A DNA stretch of 64,000 nucleotides from Basidiobolus meristosporus CBS 931.73 (Eukaryota; Fungi; Basidiobolomycota). Both the position numbers and the translations under genes were made by a program. The number at the start of each line of letters is the position of its first letter. Position 1 is the first letter of the stretch. Location: contig MCFE01000040.1 in assembly GCA_002104905.1 (NCBI GenBank), forward strand, positions 124,001 to 188,000. Reading direction: 5' to 3'. Of this stretch, positions 1 through 12,274 are shown piece by piece. The notes under the pieces are model-generated. The model was given only the letters and a program-made list of their open reading frames with translations, did not search any database and had not been told where the DNA came from.

Positions 1-1089
1 ACTGAAACTGAGTCCTTCTGCTGTGGCCTTGCTTACAGATAGTAGGTTCTTGGCTATTTCTGGTACATAGAGTACTTCTTTAAAGGTCAGTGTATGGCTT
101 CCTTCACTGCTTCTAAGGTTTACTTGGATAGTTCCTTCTCCCACTGCTTCAAGTGTTCTATCGTCACCCATGAAAACCTTCTTAAATGGAATTTCTTGAT
201 ATTGGGTAAAAAGTTATTTTTGGTGTGTAAAGTGTTGAGAAGCTCCAGAGTCAATATACCACGTCTGAGAATCCTTGTTTGTGGTCATATTTAGTGCAGA
301 TATGAATAGTCTATCTACAGCTGTTGCAGCATTTCCATATTCAGGATTCTTTTGCTGATAATCACTCTTTTTGAGACACCAGTCTGATGTGTGTCCTTTC
401 CTTTTGCAGTAGTTACAAAACAGGTTGCTGTTGCCTTTGTAGGGTCTTGGGAACCTCCTTTGTTGGTTATCATTGCTTATTAAAGCATTTTCTTCTTCCT
501 TATTGGCGCTTGATTTTCTTAATTCTTCATCCAGGAGCCTTCCATATATGTAATTTAAGGTCAAATCTTCAGTTCTGAACTCTAGGGCAGATACAAGGCC
601 CTGAAACTTGTCTGTCAGGCTATTCAGGATGGTAACTATCACATCCTCATCAGTAGTTGGTACGCCCACAGATTCCATCTCATCTACCAGCAGGGTAATT
701 CTGTTAATTAGATTTTTCATTTCTTCTCCTGGCAGCATCTTTGTAGTAAAGAATTTTCATCTCAGATACATTTTCTTGGCAGCTGAACATGACTGGTAGG
801 TGTCTTCTAATGCTTTCCAGGCATTCTTTGCCGTTTTTGCTCTTGAGCATTGAATTAGCAATTTGTCCTTGACATTAAGGCAAATGCAGTTAAAGGCACT
901 TTGTTCTTTCTTCTGGTACTTTAAGGCTTCCTCTCCCATGTTTTTAGGAGGGCATTCTTCTCCCATGACAATATCCCAAAGGCCTCTTTCTTGTAGCAGC
1001 ATCTTCATCTTCACCTTCCACACTTGGTAGTTAGATCCATCCAACTTTTCAGCAGAGGGAAAAATTCCAGTAATAGCAGTAGTAGACAT
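1..1089 (-). mobile_element. Ty1/copia gag-protease region with two premature in-frame stops; the element runs off the left edge of the window
   Basis: One minus-strand frame from ATG 1089 (MSTTAITG). It contains copia gag LDGSNYQVWKVKMKMLL, zinc knuckle CNYCKRKGHTSDWC, protease WYIDSGASQHF, then KEVLYVPEIAKNLLSVSK. Stops: TGA at 757-759 and TAA at 214-216; the frame continues past both. Confidence 0.95.
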
Positions 1090-1106
1090 TGCAGAGAGTG
1101 ACAGCT

Positions 1107-1120
1107 TGGGGCGCATAACC
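1107..1120 (-). promoter_or_regulatory. Primer-binding site of the copia element
   Basis: Minus strand reads GGTTATGCGCCCCA immediately after the LTR end CAACA. This resembles the GGTTATG(A/G)GCCC-type PBS of copia/Ty5-like elements, which prime from an initiator tRNA-Met fragment. Confidence 0.8.
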
Positions 1121-1469
1121 TGTTGTAAGAGTCTTGGAGATATTGGAAGTGATTTGGAGAACAAGTAGATTATGTGGTTTTCACTTAATGATTTATTGAA
1201 TGTAAAAGTAGTATTTATACTTTTACCTGGTCTTGGCATTACAAACACAAAGAATAGATTAAGAAAGGTCCCAAGAGCATGTGTGCAAAGTTTGGGGCTG
1301 TTTGGACAACTTTGAGAATTTTCATGTTCCGAGCACCTGGTATTTTGGTGAAAATATTCTAAGTAAATCCCGCCAAGGAATTTGGTCAGTATTCTCTAGG
1401 ATTTGAAGGTGATGATCTAAGTGACTAAGTTAGGTGAATATTTAGGTGGAAATACAAATTTTTACAACA
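1121..1469 (-). mobile_element. 5' LTR (349 bp) of the copia element
   Basis: Termini are inverted 8-mers: TGTTGTAA at 1121 and TTACAACA at 1462-1469. It contains TATAAATA and AATAAA on the minus strand, abuts the PBS, and is homologous to the LTRs at 2803 and 3443. Confidence 0.92.
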
Positions 1470-1530
1470 AAAACCACATAATCTACTTGTCCTCCCAATC
1501 ACTTCCAATATTTCCAAAACTCTTACAATA
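1470..1530 (+). mobile_element. 3' fragment of a same-family LTR in the opposite orientation (probable insertion target)
   Basis: aaaccacataatctacttgtcctcccaatcacttccaatatttccaaaactcttacaata nearly matches the last ~60 nt of the 1121-1469 LTR and begins exactly at its border. Confidence 0.8.
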
Positions 1531-1534
1531 AGAT

Positions 1535-2590
1535 GTACTGGCTGGTTAGATCCACTCAAATAGTTGTAAAGTGCACTAAGACTGTAACAATTCCATGCCA
1601 CCCTTGGCAAAACACTGTACAAACACCATTATATTTTATCAACTTTTTTTGGCTGTAAAATCCGCAAAATGCCGTTGTGATCCTGTCACAAGATTGTGTA
1701 GATGGTTGTTAATTCCAAGCTGCTGGTATTATAGTGGTCTCCTGGTAGGATCTTGATGGCTGATCTGAATTGGATCCACCTGCAGGATCAAGTTATTTTT
1801 CCTAGGGCAAGTTCATGGTATTTTTTATTTGAACTATATGTGAAATACCCACAGTATAGTGGGTAAGCAAATGAGCTTAGGTGATTCCACAATATAGTAT
1901 CTGAATTGTGCAAGGGGAGGTAGCAAAAGGAAATACCATTTGATAAATTGGTACAGTAGCATTATAGAGGACTAGATGTTGGCCACTGTATTGTTGTTAT
2001 AATGACAACAGATATCCACATCAAGGTGGTTGAAATACCATCAATTTTTTTCCATGTATGGCATTTGGATGTACTGGCTGGTCATGTCTGCATAAATATA
2101 TGTAGACTGCAATAGGTCCATTAACATACCATTTAAATCCTGTCAAAGGAATGCCAAAACACTGTCAAGTTTACTTATCTATATAGTAGTAAAATCAGCA
2201 AAACACCATAATGATCTCAACAAAAGATTGTAAAGAAGGTCAATATTTCCAAGCTGCTGGCAATATGATGGCCTCATTGTGGTATCTTGATGGCTGATCC
2301 AAAGCAGATCCACCTGTGGGACAAAATTATTTTTCATAGGGTTATATTGCATTAAGACCATCAAAATGCCATACAAGTCTTGCCAAAAGACAATCTAAAC
2401 ACTGTCAAGCTTTTACTTTATTTGGCAGTAAAACTAGCAAAACACCATCACACTCCCACTGCAAGATTGTGTAGAGGGTCAATAATTCTAAGCTGCTGAC
2501 ATTGTAGTGGCCTCATCAAGGGATCCTGATGGCAGATCTCAATTGGAGCCACCCACAGGACAAAATTATCTCTTACAGGGCACAATTAGG
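1535..2590. repeat. Three diverged direct repeats with a ~180-190 bp core (~1630-1810, ~2160-2345, ~2400-2582)
   Basis: Shared colinear motifs aagattgt..., aagctgctg (about 1717, 2251, 2490), gat(c)ttgatggc.gatc, ccacc...gga(c)aaa.ttat, plus flanking aaacactgt. Confidence 0.85.
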
Positions 2591-2591
2591 T

Positions 2592-2772
2592 AGAAATCCA
2601 ACTTTCATGCTATAACCAAGTATGTTGATATTAATCATCATTTCTTAAAGAAAGCTATATAAGATGACTTGGTTCACTTAGCTTACTGCCCTATAGATGA
2701 AACAATTGCCAACACATATACCAAATCATTAGCTTGAGACAAATCTGAATATCTTGAACCACAATCAGGTCT
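2592..2772 (+). mobile_element. Degenerate copia RNase H C-terminus
   Basis: Translates to NPTFHAITKYVDINHHFLKKAI*DDLVHLAYCPIDETIANTYTKSLA*DKSEYLEPQSGL, matching the copia pattern NPxFHxRTKHIDIxYHF...ADIxTKxL. It is followed by a short purine-rich tract and an LTR. Confidence 0.85.
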
Positions 2773-2802
2773 AATCAATGTGAATATTTAGTTATGTGAG
2801 AG

Positions 2803-3150
2803 TGTTGTAAGCTTTGTATTTACACCTATATATTCCCCTAACTTAGTACTTAGATCTTTACCTATAGATCTTAGGGAATTCTGACCAAATTACTTGTTGG
2901 GACTTCCTTGGAATATTTTTACCAAATCACCAGGTACCCAGAATGTGAAATTTCAATAAGTTGTCCCAACAGCCTCAAACTATGCACACATGTTCTTGTC
3001 CCATCCTAAACATGTTTGAGATGTTTGTTTTGCCAAGACAATGTAAAGTAAAAATACCACTTTTGCATTCAATAAATCCTTATGTGAATACCACAAAATC
3101 TACTTGTTCTCTCAATCACTCCCAATATCTTCCAGACTCTTACTACAATA
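2803..3150 (+). mobile_element. 3' LTR of an older copia copy
   Basis: Starts TGTTGTAA just after the RNase H remnant and GTGAGAG; colinear with the reverse complement of 1121-1469; ends CAATA. Confidence 0.88.
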
Positions 3151-3442
3151 TCCACTATTACCATCTTTGCCATACCATTTAATACTGTATCCTACTTATT
3201 TATGCTATACCCCATGCTATCATGTTTAAAATCTGGTTCTGTTGTAAGCATAGCCTTATTTGGATGTTTGTTGTAATGTTTCTCTATACTAGATGTTATT
3301 TCTGTGATCCCATATCTAATATTTGACACAAAAGTCCCATATATGTACATGGCTTGAGTTGCAGATAAATATTAAAGAAACTGTTGCATGATGTGGTGAA
3401 CCAGCTGAAGTTTAACACTCTGTATTTGGCTTATGTCCATAC

Positions 3443-3750
3443 TGTTGTAAATTTTGTAATTACACCCAAATATTCACCTAATTCAGTCATGTAGAAAATA
3501 GTTTATCAATATTAGATAACCCTACCTAAATTCCTTGTTGGGATTTACTTGGAATCTTTTGCCAAAATATCATGTGCTCAAGACAAGAGGAATCCCAAAA
3601 TTGTCCTTGGCATATTCTATGTGTTTGTTTTGCTATGATCTTACACAAGTATAGAGACCACTTTAAATTCACTAAATCATTGAGTGAAAATCATACAATC
3701 TGCATGTTCTCCCAACTCACTTCCAATATCTCCAAAACCCTTGCAAAATA
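3443..3750 (+). mobile_element. Degenerate solo LTR of the same family
   Basis: Starts TGTTGTAA and shares tattcaccta, ttccttgttgggatttactt and ttccaatatctccaa with the other LTRs. The right end is approximate. Confidence 0.8.
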
Positions 3751-3859
3751 ATGTAGGGTACAAGGACTTGTATGAGTCAATACAACTGATGATTTGGCTA
3801 CATCTAAAGCTTGAATAGAGTTAAATCAATTAGCATGCGTCTGGCCCAGAGTGCAAGTA

Positions 3860-6100
3860 TGATAGTGATTTATTTATTGTAAGTGATCAGTTAGTGTAAG
3901 ACATGGGAGTCATTCTGTGCGTTTATGTAGGTGCCATCACCACTGTGGTCGCCTGCTACGTCACTCTGCACTGGCTCATCTTCTGGTACAAGACGCATAA
4001 AGGTCAAGGTGCTATTCCCCATCGTATGAGTGCTCTTCCCATTCACACGGTCGATTATCGTAGTGGACTGCTGGGAATCACTGTCAGGTTCAGGAGCCAA
4101 ACGGAGAAAGGCTGGGGAATCTAAGGCGTTAGAAGAATTCATAATGCTTAATGATGACTGACCTTGACCTATATATACCGGACACAATCCAAGTAACCAT
4201 GACCTATGTTTCAGCATGCCACCTAATCTGCGTTCAACGACGTTATTAACGACCGGGATTGGGCCTTGGATTGGCTGTCAGGCATCGTCTCTGTTGGTCT
4301 CTCCTGTAGTCCCTATTCAGCCATAATTGGCTGCCTTCTCTAACTGGTCGATGAAAACAGACGACCATCTTGACTAGTATGATTCAGGCCAGCGCACAAT
4401 TCAATCCTTGACGTACCCTTCCAGTCATCAGTCCAGGGCAGATTTCCATCGATTTGGAACAATAATGCGAGCAGTCTACTCTTGTTTGGAGCCCCAAGCA
4501 TCCAATCAGCCAAGCCGATTATTGTATGTTCCTTAACAATGTTTGCAGGATTTTGCCCACCAATCCTCAAATGCGATCACAAATGATTGGCTGAGAATCT
4601 TGGAACCGGATTCCAACTGCCATAACCGGCTGGCAAGCAGAGTCATGACATCGCTTGGCTAAGTTTTGATGACATGGCAGCTCTAACCCGATTTTGATGA
4701 GGCCAACCAGAGCGCAGAGTTCGTAGCCAACATTGGGCTCGGCTGCTGATTCAAGGTGTAGAGACACACTCTACGACTAGCCTCAAGTCCGCCAAGGTCT
4801 AGCAGACTCAGTATAGCCTGACCCACCCAATGCAACTTGCACTGCTTGCATAACATCGCCTTCAGACTACTCATCACACATTATGTGATCCAGTGTGGTT
4901 GGACAAATTCATTTGCTCTTTGTGTAGCCTGAGTGATTTCATGTGGGCTGTTCACAGGCTCATTAGCAACTAAATGTACACTCATATTCAAACCTCCGAA
5001 ACATATTCATCCCACCTGGCAGCCATGGTATTTGAAATAAAGCCATGTTCGGATAGATATGCTGGCGTCGTGCATGATTTCAAGTAGCTCCCATGTAGGA
5101 TGGCTCAGAGTGGGCCTCTACAAGACTGGCACTAGAAACTGGAAAACTGTACGTGCCATGGATGAAGATCCTGGCAACACAATGCTCAGTAAGGGAAGTG
5201 CTAATTCGGTACAATTGATCTGTAACTTACTGTGCACGCACTTTGTGTTATGGCTTGCGGTGATTGCTGTGCATCATTTCTGCTAATCATCTCCATCATC
5301 TTCTAGTCTAGCAAAACTTGCCAGCCAGGCTTTACAAGACTAACAGTCTAGAGAATGGCACATACAGTTTGCCAAATCACCGTGCTGCATGGTGAATATT
5401 ATAGCCTTTGTGACTGGAAAGAAACTCTAGGTGACGTTAATGGTCGATCGCTCGTGGCCGATTCGAGGGAGCTCATGCTAACGTCCAGAGAACCATCCAG
5501 GATTCGACTCTAATGACTTCCCCATGGTATGCTCCATAGCCCAACTGTCAGTCACGGGTGAATTGCAGATCTGTTTAGACACTGACTCAATGATGGGGCA
5601 TGCAGTTGCCGCATCAATCATCTACGCAAGAGCCAACAGGTAGCGATACTGGTATCTAGGAAATTACGTAGAGGATATCATGGCCAAGTTCGTGCTAGAG
5701 TAGGTGTTTGTATCCGTCTGGGTGGAAATTTGAACATTCAAATGTACGCTTTTCTTCCTCCAGCATCAACACTTCGATCAATGCAAAGGAACGCACCAGG
5801 TGTTGGAACTTCTAGACTCCCAAGCACTGCATCATTCTGTGCTGAAGCTCGTAAACAAAATGCAGCGGCTGATGGAAGCCTATCAGATCATATCCACTGC
5901 TCGCAGGATAGCGCACGCCTATCGCACCGATGGACTTGGCACATTAAGGAACTGTACCCTCTTGAACATGGACCATTTACATTTGGCAAATTGGGTGATC
6001 TAACATTGTATCTCTATTTCTGATCACACTGCCCCAGGTGAGTCTAATTCCAAGCAACATTACCATCGGCATGCTTTTACAGCTCTTCATCAGGGGGATC
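3860..6100 (-). mobile_element. Probable highly decayed non-LTR (L1/Tx1-like) retroelement relic
   Basis: Minus-strand fragments occur in LINE ORF2 order: SKLQINCTELALPL (~5190-5232), KLHWVGQAILSLLDLGGL (~4787-4840), PCEWEEHSYDGE*HLDLYASC (zf-RVT-like, ~3990-4060), and an A-rich end ACAATAAATAAAT (~3868-3880). No intact YADD was found. Confidence 0.4.
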
Positions 6101-6970
6101 AATGGTGTACGCTGCATGCTCTGACCCGGCATCTACAATCCGCAAGCTGTGTTTGTGATACTGGCTCGCCCGATCAATGCAAATACCAGTCCACAAGGAT
6201 TGCGCTCGGCTCAGAATGTTTAGGGCTGCCATTCCTTCCCATCATCACGAACGTACTGTCCAACTTTGAGGCAATGGAAGCAACCGGATTGTAGTGCTTT
6301 TTCGCTGATTCGCAGAACCATCGCTTGTTGACTTCATTACTGAGATGTCACGGATAAACCCAGGTTTATTTTTATCCTGCCACACAGCTACCTGGATTTG
6401 CGAACGCACCTATTTGCTTAGACTCCCATCAAGCGGTGAGCTCAGCCCTATAAGAATATTTATCAGCTATAAGTATCCTGTGAGAAGGTGATCAAATATC
6501 CCAAATCTACTGGACTCTTATGTCCCTGTAGTCATGCTAACTAAGGTGCCGTTTAGCATCTTATCATTTGCTGCATTGTACGGAGCCAATCATGACTTTA
6601 TTTCAATCAGCTGTTAATTTATTTAATTCTATCTAGCCATACTGTGCACCATTCGAACCGATTCATATATCTCTGATTCTAGGCTTATCCCTCAACTTTC
6701 ATCCTTACATACCTTGACTTGCACACTCCCTCTCATTTCCCTCAAACCGCCCAGTGAGAGAGAATAGACCATTAGTCTAGAGTTGATTTATTTTCTGTCA
6801 CAGCCTTCAAGCTCAGTATTGGATAGGGCCCACCCTCTCTGTACATATCGACATACACTACACTTGCTTGTTGCACAATCCCCTGGAGTGTGGAGTTTCT
6901 TTTGAGAGCTTCATTCAAGGGTTTCCAAGTAAAACAGCTGCTGAGTGAACTCGGTTCAAACTCGAGATCG

Positions 6971-9900
6971 ATGACTGTCCAAACACTTCCGCCAAAATCC
7001 GAAAGAGACCAGTCGGATACCTTCAAGAATCGCCCTGAGCAGAATCCCTCAGAAATCGTGGCCATGTCCTCCAACTCTGAGGTCACTCCAGACCTTGAGT
7101 ACATATCAAATCACCACTCGCAACCTTGGGAGGTGCTTTTCAACCAAGTCACGCTGTCTGTTTTGAAACTAGAGAAAGCAGATTATCTGCAACAAGTTCG
7201 TCAAATCTATTCCAGCCTGTATCACTTGCTGAACGCAACCGAATTGATCTACTGGAACTCCCCAGCAGCCAGGATTGGCGGTCTAGTCACTGCTCTACAT
7301 CAATTGGTAGGGGAAATCAACTGGCTCGTGGTGATTTGCAAACTTGTCGAAAGCTCTTGGCCTCCCAAGGATATCACTCCAACCGTTAGAGTGTATTCTG
7401 AGAGTTTCTTGCGCACCTTCAACCAGTTTGCTCGCCAGGCCAAAGAGAATGAAGTTGAGGTTAGACCGCCTCATGTAGCACATCCATTCTATCAATTAAA
7501 CAACCACTCTAGTAATTCTGTATTCAGACGAGATCCGGAGCTCCAACCGGCGAATTATGAGGAGCCCAGTTTCATTCATCTCTTCCACCAGTTCTCCCAG
7601 AGGTTGCTTTCAGACGTGTTGAAGTTTGCGGAGAGTAATATGACTAGCCCTGAGGGGCTGGTAAATGGGATACTTGTCTGCATCGAATCCTTGGGCGTGT
7701 TTTTATGCCTGATCGAAGTTCTCAGCTTAGGGCCTTCCAGTGATCCGTTAGGATCTGAGCTGTCGGAGGAGTCACTGGTCGCTCATCACAACTTTATTCA
7801 AAAAAAGATAGCTTTGTATACAAACATCAACGAGCTCATTACTAACGCCAGAGCGATCCTATTCAACTTCACCAGCACCAGGATGAGCCTGAAAGAATAC
7901 ACACTCAACACTGTCCACTCTGCAGAAGATATGATTCAGGCCATTTGCCATCTGCTGAATCTCCAAGAGATTGTAAGCAAAATCCATTTGTTTGACATAA
8001 AGGAGCCGTCAGAGGAGGATGAATTTGATTTATTCAAGCGTAGAGTTGCCGACCTCAAGGAGTTGCGGGAAAAGTACGGATGCTTATCTGAGAGCTCCGA
8101 CTCCGATTCAGATCGCCTTAAAGAGAATACTCCGGAGAAAATATCCATCGATGACAGCACTCAGGAAACTCACAACCGTACTTCCTTCTCGTCCACAAGC
8201 TCTGCGTGGAGCAGTAATACCCAAGAAGAAAGCGGTGAAAAAGAATCGGATCTACCGGTTGAACATTTATCACTTGAGGAGAAAGTACCATCGACCACAT
8301 CCTCCAAGGGGCCCGAGTCTAATCAGCAAGTACTTCATGATGAACTAACAGGCGAGGACATGGCATCCGTAGCCCGCGACTCAGGTGAATCGTTGGCCTC
8401 GTCTGTATCACCATTGGCTTTAGACGGTCCAGTTGGGAACGCCTCAAGACCAAACAAGAACGCATACAATTCGATAAAGTCTAAATCCAGAAAGAGATCT
8501 GTGTTCGATTTGACGAGAGCGAATAGTTACAAAGATGGCACCCCCACCAGTGTTGCAGCCAAGCTGAGTTTGGCCCTCGGATTTAGTACATCCAGAAGAC
8601 CCTCACTCCCTGCGGTTCTTCCATCGAACGTCTCACTGGAGAGCGAAAGATCGGTAAAGAAAGGTTTGTGGCTACCATTCATTTAGAAAAGGATGTTTTC
8701 AGTCGTCGGTGTACTAAATCGGAGAGGGGCTAGGCTTTTTCCGAAAGAAGACATCAATGGATCAATCAGAGAAAAGAGGTCAACTCGGCAATTTAGAAGG
8801 AAGGGGAGGCTCGATGGAGGTAATTCTGGTTAAACCTATTACAACGAAGGCCACACCGATTTAGCTTAACTCTTCTAGAACAAGAGTAGTGAATGGTACC
8901 TAGACTACGACTATGATCCGGCCGATGTAGCCTTCAATTCCGAGGGCCAACTGATCGGGGGGACTATCGAGGCTTTGGTTGAGCGCCTTACCCTGCACGA
9001 TACAACAATTGGTAGGTTCATAACAAGCTTAAATGGCCCATTTGGTTGAAACTAATCTGATGTAATTGATAGATTCGGATTTCGTCAATGTCTTCTTGCT
9101 CACCTTTCGTAACTTCTGCAAGCCCGTCGACTTCTACAATCTCTTGTTGGCTAGATTCAATATTTGCGCCCCGGAGGGATTATCTGAAAGTGAACACAAG
9201 AACTGGAAGTTAAAGAAGCTAACACCTATCCGGCTAAGGTATGCATGGCATCAGAGCCCTGCGCCCACACATGCACACTAATGAATCCGATTTGTGCAGG
9301 GTTCACAATATCATGAAAACGTGGCTGGAATCTTACTTCTACGAAGACGAAGATTACGAATGTCTGCAACCCATGCTTGATCTGGCCGAAGGAGACATGA
9401 AGGATATGATGGCTAGTTCAGCCGAGCGCTTGGCTAAGCTCGTCAGGGAAAAAGTGATATATGCTGGATCCTGAATGCTTTGATGTCTGCACATTACTAA
9501 CCAGAAATCTCTTCATAGATCGAAGCTTTGCAACATGAATTCCCAGAGGACACTAAGCCCTCTTCACTACGTCTTGGCAATTCGAAATCGGTAGACCGAC
9601 TGATGGCCGCTGCCATGGCCCTTGTGCCAGATACACCGCCACCCCCACCAATTCTATCTAAGCCTGTTTTGGATTCTCTGGCGGATGGAGAAAAGGTCAA
9701 CATCACCGATATAGAGCCGCTAGAGGTCGCTCGCCAGCTGACTATCATGGACAGTAGGCTTTTCCGAGCTATCCGGCCTCATGAGTTAATTGGGCAAGAG
9801 TTCTCTAAAAAAGAAGAAAGCCAGTCGGTGAATGTAAGAATGATGTCCAAGATTAGCACCCAGGTAAATATATTTGGATGCCATAATACCCCGACTGTTC

Positions 9901-10832
9901 ATCCAACGTTTGACCAACTCTCAACCCTCTAGATTACTGAGTGGGTGGCTCATACGATTTTACAAGAAGAGGACGTCCGCAAGCGACTCTCAGTTCTGAA
10001 GCACTTTATCATGATAGCTGAGGTATGCTGTACTTCACGGATTAAACTAACCTGTCGAGTAACGGCTTTTCTTGTTCCCAGAAATGCTATACCCTGAATA
10101 ACTTCAATACACTGATGGCCATAATGTGCGGGCTGAACTCTTCAATGATCTCTAGACTGAAGAAGACTTGGAATGTAAGTTCCCTCTAGAACCATGTCAA
10201 GTAGAGAGCTTGTTACGATTGAAACCTGTCAATAGCTACTCCCTGGGAAGCATGAAACACTCACCGAAAATCTTCGGCGCATCACTGACCATTCCCGGAA
10301 TTATTCGGAATACCGACGACAACTGAAAGAGAGCTCGCTACCGTGTCTGCCATTCCTAGGTAACGAGCACTTGGACATGCCTGGGTTGTAATTACCTAAC
10401 CGTCTGGAATCTGCACTAGGGATTTACCTGACCGACTTGACATTTACTGATGACGGCAATCGCGCTTTTCGACGCACGAACCAAGTCATAAACTTCAACA
10501 AACACGTCAAAACTGTTCGAATTATCCAAGAGATTCAGCAGTTCCAGGTCCCTTATAATCTGGCCGATGTCGTTGAGCTACAAGAATATTTGAACCAAGA
10601 AATCGAGGCCTGTTCTGGATGGGATCCAAATGAACTCTATGAAGTGAGCTTGCAACGTGAGCCTAGACAAGATCCCGGAACCACCCCTGGGCTTCGCAGG
10701 GTAGAGTCGTTCGTCGGGGATAACGTAACAATCCAAAGCGCCCCGCCCTCACCATCCCAAACCACGTTCACCATGCCCACCTCCCCTCTTGCCAATTCAA
10801 GCATCACTAGGGACCATCTGAGCTCTCATTAG
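6971..10832 (+). CDS. Ras guanine-nucleotide exchange factor (Cdc25-like, REM + RasGEF domains), about 10 exons
   Basis: REM motif WYLDYDY...GQLIGGTIEALVERLT; RasGEF motifs IEPLEVARQLTIMDSRLFRAI, NNFNTLMAIMCGLNS, LPCLPFLGIYLTDLTF, INFNKH, SLQREPR across GT-AG introns. The start at ATG 6971 is assumed. Confidence 0.92.
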
Positions 10833-12274
10833 ACGAATCCAGGGTCGCATTCTTTCCGAGGTGTTTATTTTGACCTCCCTTCAGTTACATATTTTTGTTT
10901 TTCGCCGGACTCGTGCGCATTCTTCATGTGTTTATTTGCCAGGGTATCCTTCATGTCGTATCGAATCTATGACAGGAAAGCCTGAATAGCCCACCTTCAA
11001 TTGTTCGATGTAGCTCTTCATCAGGAGAGATCTTGTATTATGTATGTTATTATAGCCAAGGAGAAGGGATCGATTATTTATAGAGGGTTGTAATCAAATT
11101 GATAGAACATTTATTGTAATGAATCTTTTATGCCATTTGACACCGCGCATCTGTGGATTTGAGCTGGACACAATACCAGCAAATAAATTGGTAAACCGCA
11201 ACCTCACATGCTGTAAACGCCAGCCCCCAACGGAGGCCATGAATCCATGCGCCACTTTGGTCAACTGGCCTATACAAGGCACGCACACAGCACCAATGCG
11301 CCACCGATTGATATTTGCTGGTTACCATTTGGGAAGAAACAAGCAGCTAATAAGAAATGACCATTCGCACTCTTTCCACACCCTCTACCCCTGAAAATAA
11401 GTTGGGCAGTGGTTCGATCCATACAGAGATCGAGGGGGTGTTTCAAGGGCTCTTCGATGGTCGCACCAGGCGAGTAAACTTGGAAAGTAATCATACAGCT
11501 ACTACGATGCATTCACCTCGCCTTTGGGAAAGTCTGTGTGTGTATCTGCATAAGACAACCCTGCCAAACCTGTGAGCCGGTAGCGTTGGTGTCCAGCGTT
11601 CAATAGCTGTTTGTTGTGTGGGAACAAATGCATATCATTGATTGCTCATATGAAGGGATGTCATGTGGCCTTGAAATTTTCCCAGATTCATGTAAACCTT
11701 AAAGCCTGTACGTCAAATACGCAATCTACGTGGTAGCTTCCTTGTGGTATGACGTTAATTTACGTACGCTGCTGACTCTGGTGTTCCGCACAATGAGGCC
11801 TCCGAGCAAACAATTGCTTTCGCTACGTCGCCCTCATGAGGGCTCTCTACGGTTGGTGTCGATGAGACTTGGATGAGTGTGTGGAATCGGTGTTCAAATC
11901 ATACTGAATCACCACGAGTCTCAGGCTAAAATCTGACAAATCTGGAATTCAACTCGTGGGTATCATTAGGGACTCAACGACATTCCGATCAAACACTGAA
12001 TGGAGGCGTGCGCAAATATTTCAGAGACCTTGATTTTGTTGGAGCATTGGAGAGCCTGTAGCTTGTTCCTCACCCAACGCACCAATCCCAACTCGTGTGA
12101 CGTGACCAGAAGCCGTTGACTGGTATTACTTAATTAGTGGATGGAGCACTCAGAACGTGAGAACGAATCTATATTTGCCCAAAACCCCCCATTTATAATC
12201 GCCTATCCTCTCACCTCGCTTCAACATACCTACCTCCGTATCCAGCCAACCTTACCATCCAACGTCATTCAACC

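Noticed and set aside
757-759. In-frame TGA in gag as possible programmed readthrough or selenocysteine
   Set aside because: It is mid-gag rather than at a gag-pol junction, a second stop (TAA) follows, and CpG decay of CGA explains it.
11405-11440. GGTTCGATCC resembling a tRNA T-loop
   Set aside because: No T-stem, acceptor stem or cloverleaf could be built.
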